Virus record (IMG/VR): IMGVR_UViG_3300044798_000244
Span: 1-64,000 of that record
DNA: 64,000 nt
Reading direction: 5' to 3' (one strand)
Origin: a virus
Lineage: Duplodnaviria > Heunggongvirae > Uroviricota > Caudoviricetes
Each line of letters opens with the position of its first letter. The first letter of the stretch is position 1. The notes under the pieces are model-generated. The model saw only the letters and a list, made by a program, of their open reading frames with translations. It did no database searches and was not told where the DNA came from. Made by a program: the position numbers and the translations under genes. This document shows positions 1-10,184 of this stretch, piece after piece.

Positions 1-1588
1 CAGCTAAAAGTACATCATCAAGATACCATTGGTATGTAACTGCCGGGTATCCTGTAGCAACCACAGAAAAACTAACGGGATCACCAAGAAGTATACTTTT
101 ATCACTATCTTGTGAGGTAATCTCAGGGGGATATGTTAGTGAATCACACGCACCTGTTAAGGTCAAGGCAAAATCAGAAGTGAATCTCCACAGAACAGCA
201 AGATCTTCATCAACCTCTCTTAGTGATGAAACCCCAGCATCGGCATCAGTTGCTTGTATACCACTAACCAGCAAATTACCTGCTAAATCGGGTGTTATAT
301 CCCACACTGTATTACCAATATCGTAGCTGGCTAACTGTGCACCATCCACGCTAAGCTTGTATAAATTATTGGCAACTACTCTAGTTGCTCCAACAAAAAG
401 TGCTCCAATAGACGAATCATACACTGCGCTTGTGGGAATGTTCTCTTCTGGATCTAACATGGTGTTCCATAATTCTGGATCACCAGTAACCGCGTAACTC
501 TCTATAACCGCCCCCACCGGAACGGATGGTCTGTTTCCAACCATAAACATTCTATCATCAGAGAGTCTAACAGCATTTTTAACTTGTAGCACATTTGTTG
601 TATTAAAAGAAAGTAATGTGGACCCATTAGCACGAGAATATATACCAGATTTAGTGCCATACCCCCATGAACCACTTTCCCCACTTGTAATCACATTTCC
701 GGAAGAATTAAAAGCACAGCCATATACTACACAACCAGATGCCTGTATCAACCATTGCTGAACGCCAGAAGCATTAAGAAGATAAATTCTTCCCAATGTT
801 AGATTAGTTACAATAGCAAGAAAATCGAATGAATCAACCGCAATAGTCTGGATTGCTCCTTGGGGTGTAAATACACCACTTGTTGCCCATGTAGTATCTA
901 AGGTCATATCAGCATTGTATCGATACACCTTTGGGGTTGGTGTAGCTATGTAATAGTAGTCCGCTGATTTGATCAAACTAACAACATTACCGCCGCCGGG
1001 CCACCAACCTTGTAAGATGGAGCTATTTGAGGCATCCCTTTGAATTTGGAATACATTAGTACTCCCAAACTTAGTACCGCCGGCCATATAGAGTTTGACC
1101 CCGGTAGCATCACCATCGTACATATCAAAGTGAATATCGCCAGCACCATCTACCCAAGTAGCACCACCATCAGTAGATGTTTGCATACACCCACCAGCGT
1201 AGGCACCAACCATCTTGTATGCAATACGAATTGCATTTGTTGCATTACCAGCAGACAAAGAAACGGTGAAGACGTATTGTGTACCATTTGTAAGAACAAC
1301 TTCCGGACTGAATGTTGCTTTCAGAGGAATTCCTGGATAAGTTGTTGAGGTGGTTGAATAACTAACAGTAGTTGTACCTAGGGGAGAACCGGTTTTGTGT
1401 CCATTTACGTCCGTAGCATAGATAGCTACAGTTAGCGTCCCTGCCGGAGCTCCTATTTTAGCGTACCACAAGGTTAACGTGGAAAGGGTGAACGTGGAGG
1501 CCGGGGTGAAACTCTGGGCAGTCCAATTAGTACCACCGTATGTTACCGGTGTGTTATCATCCATCGCGTGATAGAAATGTTTAAGCAT
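1..1588 (-). CDS. partial tail-fiber-like structural protein. The N-terminus is at 1588 or 1564; the C-terminal part, with an Ig-like segment, runs off the window start.
   Basis: The minus frame is open from ATG at 1588 or 1564 (MLKHFYHAMDDNTPVTYGGTNWTAQSFTPASTFTLSTLTLWYAK...) to position 1 without a stop. Thr/Ser/Gly-rich, beta-type composition. It sits at the distal end of a baseplate-then-fiber gene order. Confidence 0.45.
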   Translation of the reverse strand, partial: MLKHFYHAMDDNTPVTYGGTNWTAQSFTPASTFTLSTLTLWYAKIGAPAGTLTVAIYATDVNGHKTGSPLGTTTVSYSTTSTTYPGIPLKATFSPEVVLTNGTQYVFTVSLSAGNATNAIRIAYKMVGAYAGGCMQTSTDGGATWVDGAGDIHFDMYDGDATGVKLYMAGGTKFGSTNVFQIQRDASNSSILQGWWPGGGNVVSLIKSADYYYIATPTPKVYRYNADMTLDTTWATSGVFTPQGAIQTIAVDSFDFLAIVTNLTLGRIYLLNASGVQQWLIQASGCVVYGCAFNSSGNVITSGESGSWGYGTKSGIYSRANGSTLLSFNTTNVLQVKNAVRLSDDRMFMVGNRPSVPVGAVIESYAVTGDPELWNTMLDPEENIPTSAVYDSSIGALFVGATRVVANNLYKLSVDGAQLASYDIGNTVWDITPDLAGNLLVSGIQATDADAGVSSLREVDEDLAVLWRFTSDFALTLTGACDSLTYPPEITSQDSDKSILLGDPVSFSVVATGYPAVTYQWYLDDVLLA

Positions 1589-1614
1589 TTGTTCTGCTCA
1601 TCCTATCTCAACAT

Positions 1615-2118
1615 CTACATTATTTTGATCTTCAGCTGAATTGCTAAAGATTCACCACCAAGCTGCACAGTCCTCTCAACACCAAACGAGAGGCCAGCAA
1701 TGAGTGTGCCTGTATTGTCTGAAGATGTGCAGAGAAAAGCTCCGCTAATAGGTCCGATATTACCACCGGAAGCAATAACTATCAACTCCTTTGAAATGAC
1801 TCGCCAATCACCGTCATCTTTCTCAATCACGGGAAAGCCTACAGACGTTCGCTCTATTTTTTGTCTGGCGTACCCATTTCCGGAGGGCTCCCCAGGAACG
1901 GTAGTTAAGACGGATGTCCTGGCAAGCGAACCATTATACAGACCAACAAAAAAATCTGTCATGCCAAAATAGTTCGTGTCTTTATCGCGGAAAAATGTTT
2001 CAAGAATCGCCTTCTCACCATCTTCCACAATGAGATTTTTCTTGTCCCGCACTTCCCAGAGAATCTTTCCGGCCCGAAGATGCTGTACAGTCCAGAGAGA
2101 TTCATAATTGAGATTCAT
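1615..2118 (-). CDS. hypothetical tail or baseplate-associated protein
   Basis: 167-aa ORF between a gpI-like gene and the fiber. Its ATGA start overlaps the stop of the upstream endonuclease gene. No recognisable motif. Confidence 0.35.
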   Translation of the reverse strand: MNLNYESLWTVQHLRAGKILWEVRDKKNLIVEDGEKAILETFFRDKDTNYFGMTDFFVGLYNGSLARTSVLTTVPGEPSGNGYARQKIERTSVGFPVIEKDDGDWRVISKELIVIASGGNIGPISGAFLCTSSDNTGTLIAGLSFGVERTVQLGGESLAIQLKIKIM

Positions 2119-2792
2119 AGTAAGAACCCTTGAATTTTAAGTATTAGTTTTGGTATATCTTTCAACTCATGTTCCCAAATCACTAGGGTCTTATAGCCTT
2201 GGGATTCAAATAGTTTGATTCGAGGTTCCACCTCTTCTGGTTTGTGCCAGTAATCGCCAAATAATTCAATCAGAAGCGGTTTGGATACATGAACGAAATC
2301 AGGGCATTTGCCTGTGATAATCAATTGACCATCACCAACAAAGCGAACTTGGTCTGGGAAGTTTTCATCAAAAAATTGTTGAAGAAACACCTCAGGTTTA
2401 TTAGGTGATGAGTGAATAGCCTTGTGTTGTTTAGAAGCATACTCAGGATCTTGCCAAAGTTGAAGATGGGCATCCCTATTCTTCTTGCAGGTTTCAGGAG
2501 AAGGAGATTTTCCTCTATTAGCATTACCTATTTTCTTAAACACCTCAGGAGAAAGATTCCTACGGGCATCGCCCATCTTCTTGCGAGTTTCAGGAGAAGG
2601 ATTTCTATGACTATCACCCATTTTCTTACGAATTTCCACAGACCAATGCCGTCCGTAGTTAGGAGCATTTTCTCTTTTGGTTTCTCCTCGTTTAGCCTTG
2701 CAAATAGCACATGGGCAAGCTTCTTTGTGAGGATCACCTCTCTTGGCCTTGCAAACACTGCATTGGCAATCTTCTTTATGACCTTTTGGCAT
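2115..2792 (-). CDS. free-standing homing-endonuclease-like protein: zinc-ribbon repeats, NUMOD3 repeats, and a Vsr/DUF559-type PD-(D/E)xK nuclease
   Basis: Tandem CxxC...CxxC ribbons (HKEDCQCSVCKAKRGDPHKEACPCAICKAKRGE). NUMOD3-like repeats (SPETRKKMGDARRN, repeated). C-terminal PDFVH..LIELFGDYWH..GYKTLVIWEHEL, which resembles Vsr. Paralogous to 12515..13279 and 26564..27373. Confidence 0.6.
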   Translation of the reverse strand: MPKGHKEDCQCSVCKAKRGDPHKEACPCAICKAKRGETKRENAPNYGRHWSVEIRKKMGDSHRNPSPETRKKMGDARRNLSPEVFKKIGNANRGKSPSPETCKKNRDAHLQLWQDPEYASKQHKAIHSSPNKPEVFLQQFFDENFPDQVRFVGDGQLIITGKCPDFVHVSKPLLIELFGDYWHKPEEVEPRIKLFESQGYKTLVIWEHELKDIPKLILKIQGFLL

Positions 2793-2803
2793 ACTATATT
2801 ATA

Positions 2804-3229
2804 CTAGGATTCCATCTCAATCAATTCCACATCAACTGAATCCAGTTTGCAAATCTGCCTAAAGGTTGGGCTGATGTTACCAGCCTCGTCCTGTTGATAA
2901 CGAACATACACAGAAGCAGGAGCTGGGGTAACATCTAAAGTCAGCACACCTGTCGCATAATTAACAGTGCCTAAATATGTATAGGCGCCTACAGTCCCAG
3001 AAAACGATCCTGTTCCATCACCATTATCGCTATCTGTTATCTGATAAACATCCCCAACAAACACCCGGACTGTTTCAGGTTTGATGTCTGTGGCATCTAA
3101 TGCTTCGCCCCAATTGCATAATGATGAATACGTTGAGGAAAGCGCCCTCTTAATCTCGAGCGTCATATTGACGTAGGCTACCCCATCAAGATTGTCTATT
3201 GCCGCAAGAACATGACTATACTTTATCAT
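2804..3229 (-). CDS. baseplate protein, gpI-like by position
   Basis: 141-aa ORF immediately after the gpJ-like gene in the P2-type V-W-J-I order. No diagnostic motif. Confidence 0.3.
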   Translation of the reverse strand: MIKYSHVLAAIDNLDGVAYVNMTLEIKRALSSTYSSLCNWGEALDATDIKPETVRVFVGDVYQITDSDNGDGTGSFSGTVGAYTYLGTVNYATGVLTLDVTPAPASVYVRYQQDEAGNISPTFRQICKLDSVDVELIEMES

Positions 3230-3262
3230 CGTTCCAATTTTGGTTGTAGTACCAAGCGTAAA

Positions 3263-4540
3263 CTACTCTGCCAGAACATCCTCAATATCAGCCTGTGTTT
3301 GGGACATAGAATGTCCTGTTGTCACCTTGACAGTGAGTACAGAAATTACATCCAGAATAACGGGATCTATCCATTCATATTTTGTAGTCAGCACCGACTT
3401 TAGATAAATTGCTTCTGCAACTAGAGCCTTAAATGCAACATCGGGAATTACCCAATCCTGAAGAATTATTGAGAGCCTTGCTATGCCCCGCATAGCGAGA
3501 AGGGAAGTCGCACCGATAGCTTCTGCTTCTTCTTTCTCACCCCAAGCATTAGCATCAGCTACACCTGAGTAGTTCATGAGAATTGAAATGAAATCAGCTT
3601 TAGTAACTGCTCTATCGCCTGTACGGAAAACTTGGGGGGCCTCTACACGAATCTCCTCAATCCCCTCTTCATCATCTCCACCAAGAAAAGAACTAGGGTT
3701 CGTTACCGAAACTGTTACTACAGTACTACCTGAATCATAGATAACACTGTTAACAGTCTGAATACGGTCAGCATATGTAACGTTTCCTGACAGACCAGCA
3801 GACTTAATGTACTGGATCAGTATGACAGCTCCTGAGGTGGGCGATTCTCCATTCACATCATCTCCAAACAAGACAGACACATTCCCGTCCATCTCATCAA
3901 TAATTCGATAATGTTCAGAAGTGCTGTCGCTATCTAAAAACGAAGAAACAAGAGACCACTCGGTACCGTCTACAAGAACTCGAAGAGTTGGATTTTCTGT
4001 ATCAGCAGAATTCTCAACATATGTGTCACTTATCAGATACTCTTGACTAACCGCTCCAGCAGATGTAATCTCTGTCTGAACCAACTCACCTTGAATACCA
4101 CTAACTGTTACATCAAGCTGACCCTTCTGTATAGCACCACTCTCATTAGTAAGATACTTTACTCCATCTGAAGTCTGACATTCGGTGTACTTAGGAATGT
4201 ACACAATGGTAGTTAGAGGAGCAGCAATAGAGAATTCAAGATCCCCTACTGCTGAGCTCTTTCTCTTTGGATGGTAATTCAGAAGGGACACTAGATTTAC
4301 AACACTAGATCGATTTTGAGCGGTGGTGAGATATGACTCTTCTGCTCGACGTTCTGCATAAAACATACAGAGGTTGAGGACATAAGCCAAAAACTCAATG
4401 AGCATTTCTCCGCTGGCAGATCTATAAACATCTCGCCAAGCATCATTTGCTTTAAGTCGGGCTTGGAGCTGCAGGACTAAGAGGTCGAAGTCGTAGCTCA
4501 CATATGAAAGAAGATTAGCCATACTATAATACCCCACCAA
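3263..4540 (-). CDS. baseplate wedge protein, Baseplate_J / T4 gp6-like
   Basis: 425-aa ORF directly downstream of the gpW/gp25 homolog. Size and position match gpJ/gp6. Acidic, beta-rich. Confidence 0.5.
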   Translation of the reverse strand: MVGYYSMANLLSYVSYDFDLLVLQLQARLKANDAWRDVYRSASGEMLIEFLAYVLNLCMFYAERRAEESYLTTAQNRSSVVNLVSLLNYHPKRKSSAVGDLEFSIAAPLTTIVYIPKYTECQTSDGVKYLTNESGAIQKGQLDVTVSGIQGELVQTEITSAGAVSQEYLISDTYVENSADTENPTLRVLVDGTEWSLVSSFLDSDSTSEHYRIIDEMDGNVSVLFGDDVNGESPTSGAVILIQYIKSAGLSGNVTYADRIQTVNSVIYDSGSTVVTVSVTNPSSFLGGDDEEGIEEIRVEAPQVFRTGDRAVTKADFISILMNYSGVADANAWGEKEEAEAIGATSLLAMRGIARLSIILQDWVIPDVAFKALVAEAIYLKSVLTTKYEWIDPVILDVISVLTVKVTTGHSMSQTQADIEDVLAE

Positions 4541-4581
4541 AAAGACCTAGTACCTTCATTATGTTAGAAGAAGTGTCTTTT

Positions 4582-4980
4582 CTAGGTTGTGCTTCCCAAG
4601 GATGTTTTGAACTCGAAGATATTAGAGTGCCCGCGAATCGAGAATGCAATTGTTATTGAGACCGTACTGCGGTCCGGATCAGCCTGAAGTTCGACTTCTT
4701 GAACGAGAGCACGGTCGTCCCACGCTTCAATAGTATCTTTAACCTGCCTTGAAAGAACCTTCATCATCGTTTGTGTTATGTTTTCGAATAACACTCCCCG
4801 CAAATTACCTCCAAATGCGGGAAGCATCACGCGCTCCCCCTGTGAAGTTCTCAAGATATTATCTATAGATGTCATCACAGATGCAGCATTTTCGACTAAC
4901 TTAAGCCGACCCTGCCCATCTTGAATGAGTCGGTGATCAAGGTCTGACCATACAACTCCTACTTTCACAGAAGCGGTCAT
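4582..4980 (-). CDS. gp25: baseplate wedge subunit gp25/gpW
   Basis: 132 aa, the same length as T4 gp25. The motif ERVMLPAFGGNLRGVLFENIT matches T4 gp25 (SRPFDPEFGCDLSDQLFENMT), the gpW/gp25 signature. Confidence 0.7.
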   Translation of the reverse strand: MTASVKVGVVWSDLDHRLIQDGQGRLKLVENAASVMTSIDNILRTSQGERVMLPAFGGNLRGVLFENITQTMMKVLSRQVKDTIEAWDDRALVQEVELQADPDRSTVSITIAFSIRGHSNIFEFKTSLGSTT

Positions 4981-5004
4981 ATTATTATACTCCCTGCCTA
5001 TGAA

Positions 5005-5337
5005 CTACCCAGCATAAATCTTTCGATCAGGAGAAGAAATCTTTGCCCCACACCCCGTTATTGCACCATCTGTTATTAGCAGTTTCCCCTCACAGAATGT
5101 CTTGCTGATCACTGGATATATAGTTTGTGGACCATGATCACTACAGTTAAATACTGCTCCGTTGATCGCTACTTCTAACCCCGCAGCAAACAGTGTTGGT
5201 GTTGATTGTCCAGAAATAGTAATAGAACCACTGTGGGACGCACCATCACCAACACAAGAAATCCTCCTACTCTGTCCAAAAAGCCTACGGAGAAATTCAG
5301 TTGTTCCTAATAATGCTGTTCCGAAACGACCAAACAT
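5005..5337 (-). CDS. PAAR-repeat spike-tip protein (gp5.4-like)
   Basis: 110 aa with repeated Gly/Ala-rich PAAR-like segments (ISCVGDGASHSGS..AINGAVFNCSDHG..ITDGAITGCGA) and conserved Cys/His. Located downstream of the gpV-like spike genes. Confidence 0.45.
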   Translation of the reverse strand: MFGRFGTALLGTTEFLRRLFGQSRRISCVGDGASHSGSITISGQSTPTLFAAGLEVAINGAVFNCSDHGPQTIYPVISKTFCEGKLLITDGAITGCGAKISSPDRKIYAG

Positions 5338-5660
5338 TATGCTTCAACCTTTGGAACAATCCCTGTTGGTTGCCCATCAAGAATCTTACCAACTTGACCA
5401 ACAACCAAAGCAGAAAATCGTCTTGGCATTTGGGTTTTCAACAGCTCAACCTCTGATGAGGTCAGGTCCACTTCATCAGTTGTAGCTAACTTGACTCCAA
5501 GAGTAAACAGACTGCCCATCTCTGCATATGTACAAGACTGTTCCCGGGGTTGATTCACTGCTGCGAGAAGAACATTCCTAAGTAACAAGTCTGATTCGGG
5601 CCCATCCTTAAGAATTTCGCCGGTAAATGCTCTCAGTGGTGTTGTAAGAAGTATTTTCAT
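5337..5660 (-). CDS. hypothetical baseplate-associated protein
   Basis: 107-aa ORF abutting its neighbours in the baseplate block. Confidence 0.3.
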   Translation of the reverse strand: MKILLTTPLRAFTGEILKDGPESDLLLRNVLLAAVNQPREQSCTYAEMGSLFTLGVKLATTDEVDLTSSEVELLKTQMPRRFSALVVGQVGKILDGQPTGIVPKVEA

Positions 5661-5720
5661 GCTGTTCCTTTCCTAATTAGCTATTAACCTCAACAAAAAC
5701 GATTAATCTTTCATATTATT

Positions 5721-7205
5721 TTATGCCATTGCCGTAATGCGGCCGTTGGCAGTGGTGATCGAAGTAATTCCAACCAATGAGTATGCCCCATCGGCTATGT
5801 AGGTAATCTGTGTTTTTCCAGTAACAATTCCACCTGCCAATGAGGTAGAGTCAACTACTGTACCCGCCGATGCGGCCTGCGTCACACCATTTGTACCGCT
5901 AAGATTGAAGGCGGTATTGGCCCTTATCGTGGCGGCGAAGATATTACCAAAAAACTCAGTATCCATCGCTGCAAAAGCACTTGCGGCTGTCCCGTGTACC
6001 CGTATGGCCGTATGAGTGCTTGCGCTTCCCCCAACGGTTCGCCCGTTGTCATATTCAAAATCAAGACAATCGGTCACCTTATACAGCCAAAAACAACTGG
6101 TGTCTGTTGCAACCCAACCCGCACCACTCCAATAAACATCAAAACCAAAAGCGTTGTTATCCGGCCCATAAGCCAATGTAGAGAAACAACCGGTCGAGTT
6201 GTTCTGAATCAACAACTGAGAGGGGCCAATGGTCACGGGATTTAGAGATAATCCTGCAAGACTGGGACTGGCCGTGGTTCGACAATCCTGATTGAGACTG
6301 CTACTCGCAGTAACCGTGAGAGTTTGTCCGGCCGTTATAGCCAGACCGTGCACGCCTGTAAGTAAAGCGGCGTGCGTTGCAATAGCCCCGGATGTCTCAT
6401 AAGCCAGAGCAGGGATATCTGTAGTCTCTAATACTCGAAACGTCGGTGCCGCGTCGTCTCCTGAGATCGGACCAATGAGAACCTGTTTAGTTACCTGCGT
6501 GTCGAGAGACAACGCCTGACCAGACAATCCCAACAGCACGTCCGCCGACGTAGCCAGTGTAACAGCGTCGTGCAACCCTGGCACGGCTGCGAATCCAAAC
6601 GTCGTGGGAGTTAGGGCTTGCAAGACATGGCCCGTCGTCAACCCGGAGACTGTGTGATCTGAACTATTCAGAACATGAGCTTGGTTGTGGTGGTCATTAG
6701 CCCCAATAGTACTAAGACTATTATGTGCGATATTTCCTGGTACAACATCAATTGTTGCCCCGGTACCAATAAGTGCACCAGTACCTATTCCTCCAATACT
6801 TATCTTTGTTGATCCAGCAGTGAGATTCCCTTTAGATACAGTAGGCTCAAATCCTGTATGTCCAGAAGAGGCATAATCTAAATTACCAAAATTGTTATGA
6901 ATCATGGTGCCAGCCGTGAGATGTAGAGCGGCTGCATCACCTGAAGAATGTGCTATAGCAACTGTACTCTCTTGTGCTCTTGTAACATTGTAAACATTTG
7001 GTGTACCTGAATATTCAGCAGTTACTATTTCAGTTGATGAATCATCAGCAGGATTTGGATAAACAGCCATATTCCAAAACACCAGCACAAACTCTCCTGC
7101 GGTTACTGGAAGGTTGTGTCCAGGGGATACAGTGATCTGAGTATCACCAATTAGCATATTTGATGCTAAGGTAGCCGAACAGAAGTTTTTGAGTATTTTG
7201 GCCAT
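5721..7205 (-). CDS. putative central spike beta-helix or short tail-fiber protein
   Basis: 494 aa, extremely Gly/Ser/Thr/Ala-rich, consistent with a repetitive beta-structure. Follows the gpV-like OB-fold spike gene with an ATGA overlap at 7205. Confidence 0.4.
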   Translation of the reverse strand: MAKILKNFCSATLASNMLIGDTQITVSPGHNLPVTAGEFVLVFWNMAVYPNPADDSSTEIVTAEYSGTPNVYNVTRAQESTVAIAHSSGDAAALHLTAGTMIHNNFGNLDYASSGHTGFEPTVSKGNLTAGSTKISIGGIGTGALIGTGATIDVVPGNIAHNSLSTIGANDHHNQAHVLNSSDHTVSGLTTGHVLQALTPTTFGFAAVPGLHDAVTLATSADVLLGLSGQALSLDTQVTKQVLIGPISGDDAAPTFRVLETTDIPALAYETSGAIATHAALLTGVHGLAITAGQTLTVTASSSLNQDCRTTASPSLAGLSLNPVTIGPSQLLIQNNSTGCFSTLAYGPDNNAFGFDVYWSGAGWVATDTSCFWLYKVTDCLDFEYDNGRTVGGSASTHTAIRVHGTAASAFAAMDTEFFGNIFAATIRANTAFNLSGTNGVTQAASAGTVVDSTSLAGGIVTGKTQITYIADGAYSLVGITSITTANGRITAMA

Positions 7206-7765
7206 TATGGATTCAAATCAATTCGAGCACCTGTAATAGACACATCACCTGTAGCAGTCACTGTGGTATCTCCACTGGCATTTATTGTTACATCTTTTGC
7301 TGATATAACAATGCTCCCAGAAGAGTCCATCTGGATGTATTTTCCAGTTGGATGAATAATTCTTATTTCTTTTGCTGTGTCATCTATGTAGATTCCAAGC
7401 CCCGCTTTAGTCTTGATAATCCTTCGGTTTGGATAGTTGGTTGTCCTCTCTGATGGAAGACCAAGAACTCTATTCGGAGCTTCAGCCCAGTAGACTGGCT
7501 GATAAACATCTCCGCCCTCGAAGAAAACAAATACTTGTGAGTCTATCTCAGGAACAGCAAAATGTCCAAACCCAGATCCTGAACCAGAAAAAATTGGTTG
7601 CGCAGGAACCGCCCACGGAAGCTTCGCTGTTGCTATGTCCTCTGTAAAAATACCAAACACCTGAACCTTAATTCGACCTAACTTGTCCGGGTCAACATTG
7701 TCTAAAACCACACCTCTATACTGGTACGGAAAGCGTAGATCATCCTGTTCAAAAGTATTGTTCAT
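7205..7765 (-). CDS. baseplate spike protein, gpV / T4 gp5 N-terminal OB-domain-like
   Basis: The motif RGVVLDNVDPDKLGRIKVQVFGI...LPWAVP is the classic gpV/VgrG N-terminal signature. Confidence 0.65.
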   Translation of the reverse strand: MNNTFEQDDLRFPYQYRGVVLDNVDPDKLGRIKVQVFGIFTEDIATAKLPWAVPAQPIFSGSGSGFGHFAVPEIDSQVFVFFEGGDVYQPVYWAEAPNRVLGLPSERTTNYPNRRIIKTKAGLGIYIDDTAKEIRIIHPTGKYIQMDSSGSIVISAKDVTINASGDTTVTATGDVSITGARIDLNP

Positions 7766-8940
7766 CTTCGCCTTCGCTTTGTCACTTCTTGAAGTGATGT
7801 TGAAATATCTGTGTCAATTCCACACCGAGTTAACAGCAAATTCGTCATGTAGGCCATGCCAAAGATGTGCACGGCCCGTTTCACCATCCATAGGCCCGAG
7901 TTCTGGTAGAGAAACAGCTGACCCCTCTCAAGGGCGTCCGCAAAGACGACCTTCACGATATCGCCAGGGGCAATGTTCTCAAGGCCCCATGTAGATGCCC
8001 ACATGTGCACAAAGTTACTTGCCCGAAGATAGAAATCATTTCGAATCCGGCCTTTGAAATTTGTGGTAAAAGAATTTGAACGGCCTGTTCGTGTACAGAG
8101 CTTTGCATCTGTATCTTTATCGCTGTCTATTAAGTAAAACTCTGGTAGTGCAGGACAATCCTCTAGTTTCACAGAATCTTCAGTCCATACTCCTGTATCA
8201 TAATTAAAATATCCAAAGAACTGCTCCTTAGATCCCATATCAGCAATAAGTCCTGAATCATCATATACTTGATATGTGCTGACAGGATAGAAGTTCTCGT
8301 ATTCTTTATGTCCCACGATAAGATGATAAGCTACAGAAGATGTCAGAAGCTCATCTAAACTCTTGAACACAAAGGTCGAATTTCCTTGTGTGACTTTGAT
8401 AAAGCATTCATAGCCAGACTCATTATTCCTTCCTACGATGTTTTCCTTCAAATATCGAAGCAGCTTTGCATCTGTCCAATTTGGTTGAATGACATCTTTC
8501 TCGTATCCAAGAGATGCCCCCACTTCAGATGCTATAATTCCCATGTCATTTTTAGCTAAGTTCTCAAGCGATGTTTTGAGATTTCCACTAAGAACTCTAC
8601 TCTTTCGATTTGTTAGGAGCTCAGGAACATCAAGAACACCCTCAACTTCATATGTTCCCTCTGGATAACATGAGTGTCTGCGTTTTACTGAAAAGTGAAG
8701 GTTATTCAACTCTGATGTATTGTTAACTCGAGCGAACTCAATTGCCACGCTTGACGTACTCTTATCATATGGCATCACATCAGCTAAAAGACTTGTTGCA
8801 TCATTAAGCCGCATTTTGAAAGTGGGAACTAAACGATCTGCATCTTGGGTGATCGTAAGCTCCTGTATCATCTGTGGGGGAACCTCAACGGCTGAATCTC
8901 CCATAGTGATATTTAGAATATAATTCCCTGAAAATTCCAA
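7762..8940 (-). CDS. baseplate hub protein (late-control gene D / gp27-like)
   Basis: 392 aa, the size of P2 gpD. Positioned between the LysM-like protein and the gpV spike, as in P2/Mu-type tails. Confidence 0.4.
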   Translation of the reverse strand: MEFSGNYILNITMGDSAVEVPPQMIQELTITQDADRLVPTFKMRLNDATSLLADVMPYDKSTSSVAIEFARVNNTSELNNLHFSVKRRHSCYPEGTYEVEGVLDVPELLTNRKSRVLSGNLKTSLENLAKNDMGIIASEVGASLGYEKDVIQPNWTDAKLLRYLKENIVGRNNESGYECFIKVTQGNSTFVFKSLDELLTSSVAYHLIVGHKEYENFYPVSTYQVYDDSGLIADMGSKEQFFGYFNYDTGVWTEDSVKLEDCPALPEFYLIDSDKDTDAKLCTRTGRSNSFTTNFKGRIRNDFYLRASNFVHMWASTWGLENIAPGDIVKVVFADALERGQLFLYQNSGLWMVKRAVHIFGMAYMTNLLLTRCGIDTDISTSLQEVTKRRRR

Positions 8941-9255
8941 CTACTTGCTCCTTCTTAGTCTGTACTGCCGCTGAAAATTGTAGATATCCAACTTATTTGG
9001 AATAATGAGAACTACCCCTTCTGCCAACTCAGTTAACGGACTTGTTATGTTATTGACCAAACAGATGACCCACCAAAAGTCAACTACACCATACACCTTA
9101 TAACTAATCTTATCGGGACGCATCCAATCTGTAGCTGTAACTCGGTAATATGCTGTTTGATACTGCATCTCAAATCCAGATAAAGGATTCCAGAGATGGT
9201 CCAGTTCTTTTGTATCTTGGACAGTAAGTTCCTGATAGAAATTAGTACGGTTCAC
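8941..9255 (-). CDS. LysM-like tail protein X
   Basis: 104 aa. The C-terminal segment ISYKVYGVVDFWWVICLVNNITSPLTELAEGVVLIIPN resembles the LysM-like fold of phage tail protein X. Located next to the hub gene. Confidence 0.4.
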   Translation of the reverse strand: MNRTNFYQELTVQDTKELDHLWNPLSGFEMQYQTAYYRVTATDWMRPDKISYKVYGVVDFWWVICLVNNITSPLTELAEGVVLIIPNKLDIYNFQRQYRLRRSK

Positions 9256-9266
9256 TTAGAAACCTC

Positions 9267-10184
9267 TTACTTCTCATACCCATAGAAAGCTTGCAGAGAA
9301 TCTGTATTGATAGCAGAATTTTTTGTGTAAGCATCGTTAAGATCTTCAACAGTCATCATCTCATATGTTTGAAATGTAACGGAGACCTCAGATCGAACAG
9401 GATTACCTTCAGGAGTGAATGCAATAGGAAATACAGGTGTAGCAGATTTTACAATAACATTTGAGAAGGTCAAAAACCTCCCAATCTCCACCATAATCTG
9501 ATCACCACCTATCAAACCCTCAAGGTGCTTAAACTGCTCACTCTTAGTTATGGTCTGATTATTCAAAATGTCAGTGATTGAATATGGATTCGGACCTGGA
9601 GGTGCCAAAAAGGGAATCTGTTTCTGGATACCACTAATCCAACCATACTTACCCTCTGCCTCATCCCCCGACCGGGGTCCACTTGGCAAGGCCATACACT
9701 GCAAAAGTCTTGCTGGTTCTACAACCTCACGAACAGCATCTTTAATTGCTTGAAACTTCAAACGAAGAGTAATTGTTATTGGTTGAGTGCCCAACCACAT
9801 TCTTCGTGAAGTAGCTCTTGTAACTGCAGATAGCCGCCCACCAGATCCAGCTTCAACGATTTTATTGGCTACAGAAGAAATCATATCTGAAAGTGCTGGG
9901 CCCCACTGGGACTCAACATGGAGTGACACACTCTCTTGCAAAAGGGCTACAACAGTGGCCTGATTCCGCTTGCTGGTAATCCTGCATAGGTATTCTTCAG
10001 GAACAGGATCACCATCCGGAGATGTGTATCCATACTCCTCGAAAGCACCAAGCTTTTTCTCAGGAGTCTTAAAGGTCTTGCTTCCAAAAATTGTTCGAAT
10101 ACCTTTGGTCAGATCTGACATACTACTCTCCGAATGTAAGAGTCCCTCTTGCATATTCCTGCATAAGGGCATCTCCTGAATCAT
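9267..10184 (-). CDS. tail/baseplate protein, possibly a tube-initiator or DNA-circulation-like protein
   Basis: 305-aa ORF between the tape measure and the hub genes. Confidence 0.3.
   Translation of the reverse strand: MIQEMPLCRNMQEGLLHSESSMSDLTKGIRTIFGSKTFKTPEKKLGAFEEYGYTSPDGDPVPEEYLCRITSKRNQATVVALLQESVSLHVESQWGPALSDMISSVANKIVEAGSGGRLSAVTRATSRRMWLGTQPITITLRLKFQAIKDAVREVVEPARLLQCMALPSGPRSGDEAEGKYGWISGIQKQIPFLAPPGPNPYSITDILNNQTITKSEQFKHLEGLIGGDQIMVEIGRFLTFSNVIVKSATPVFPIAFTPEGNPVRSEVSVTFQTYEMMTVEDLNDAYTKNSAINTDSLQAFYGYEK

Noticed and set aside
2185-2200. GGATTCAAAT / GGATTCGAAT (also at 12611) resembling a tRNA T-loop on the minus strand
   Set aside because: Both lie inside the conserved C-terminal coding region of the paralogous endonuclease genes (...ESQGYKTL...). 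There is no acceptor-stem complementarity. No convincing tRNA was found anywhere by eye, though a tRNA scan was not possible.
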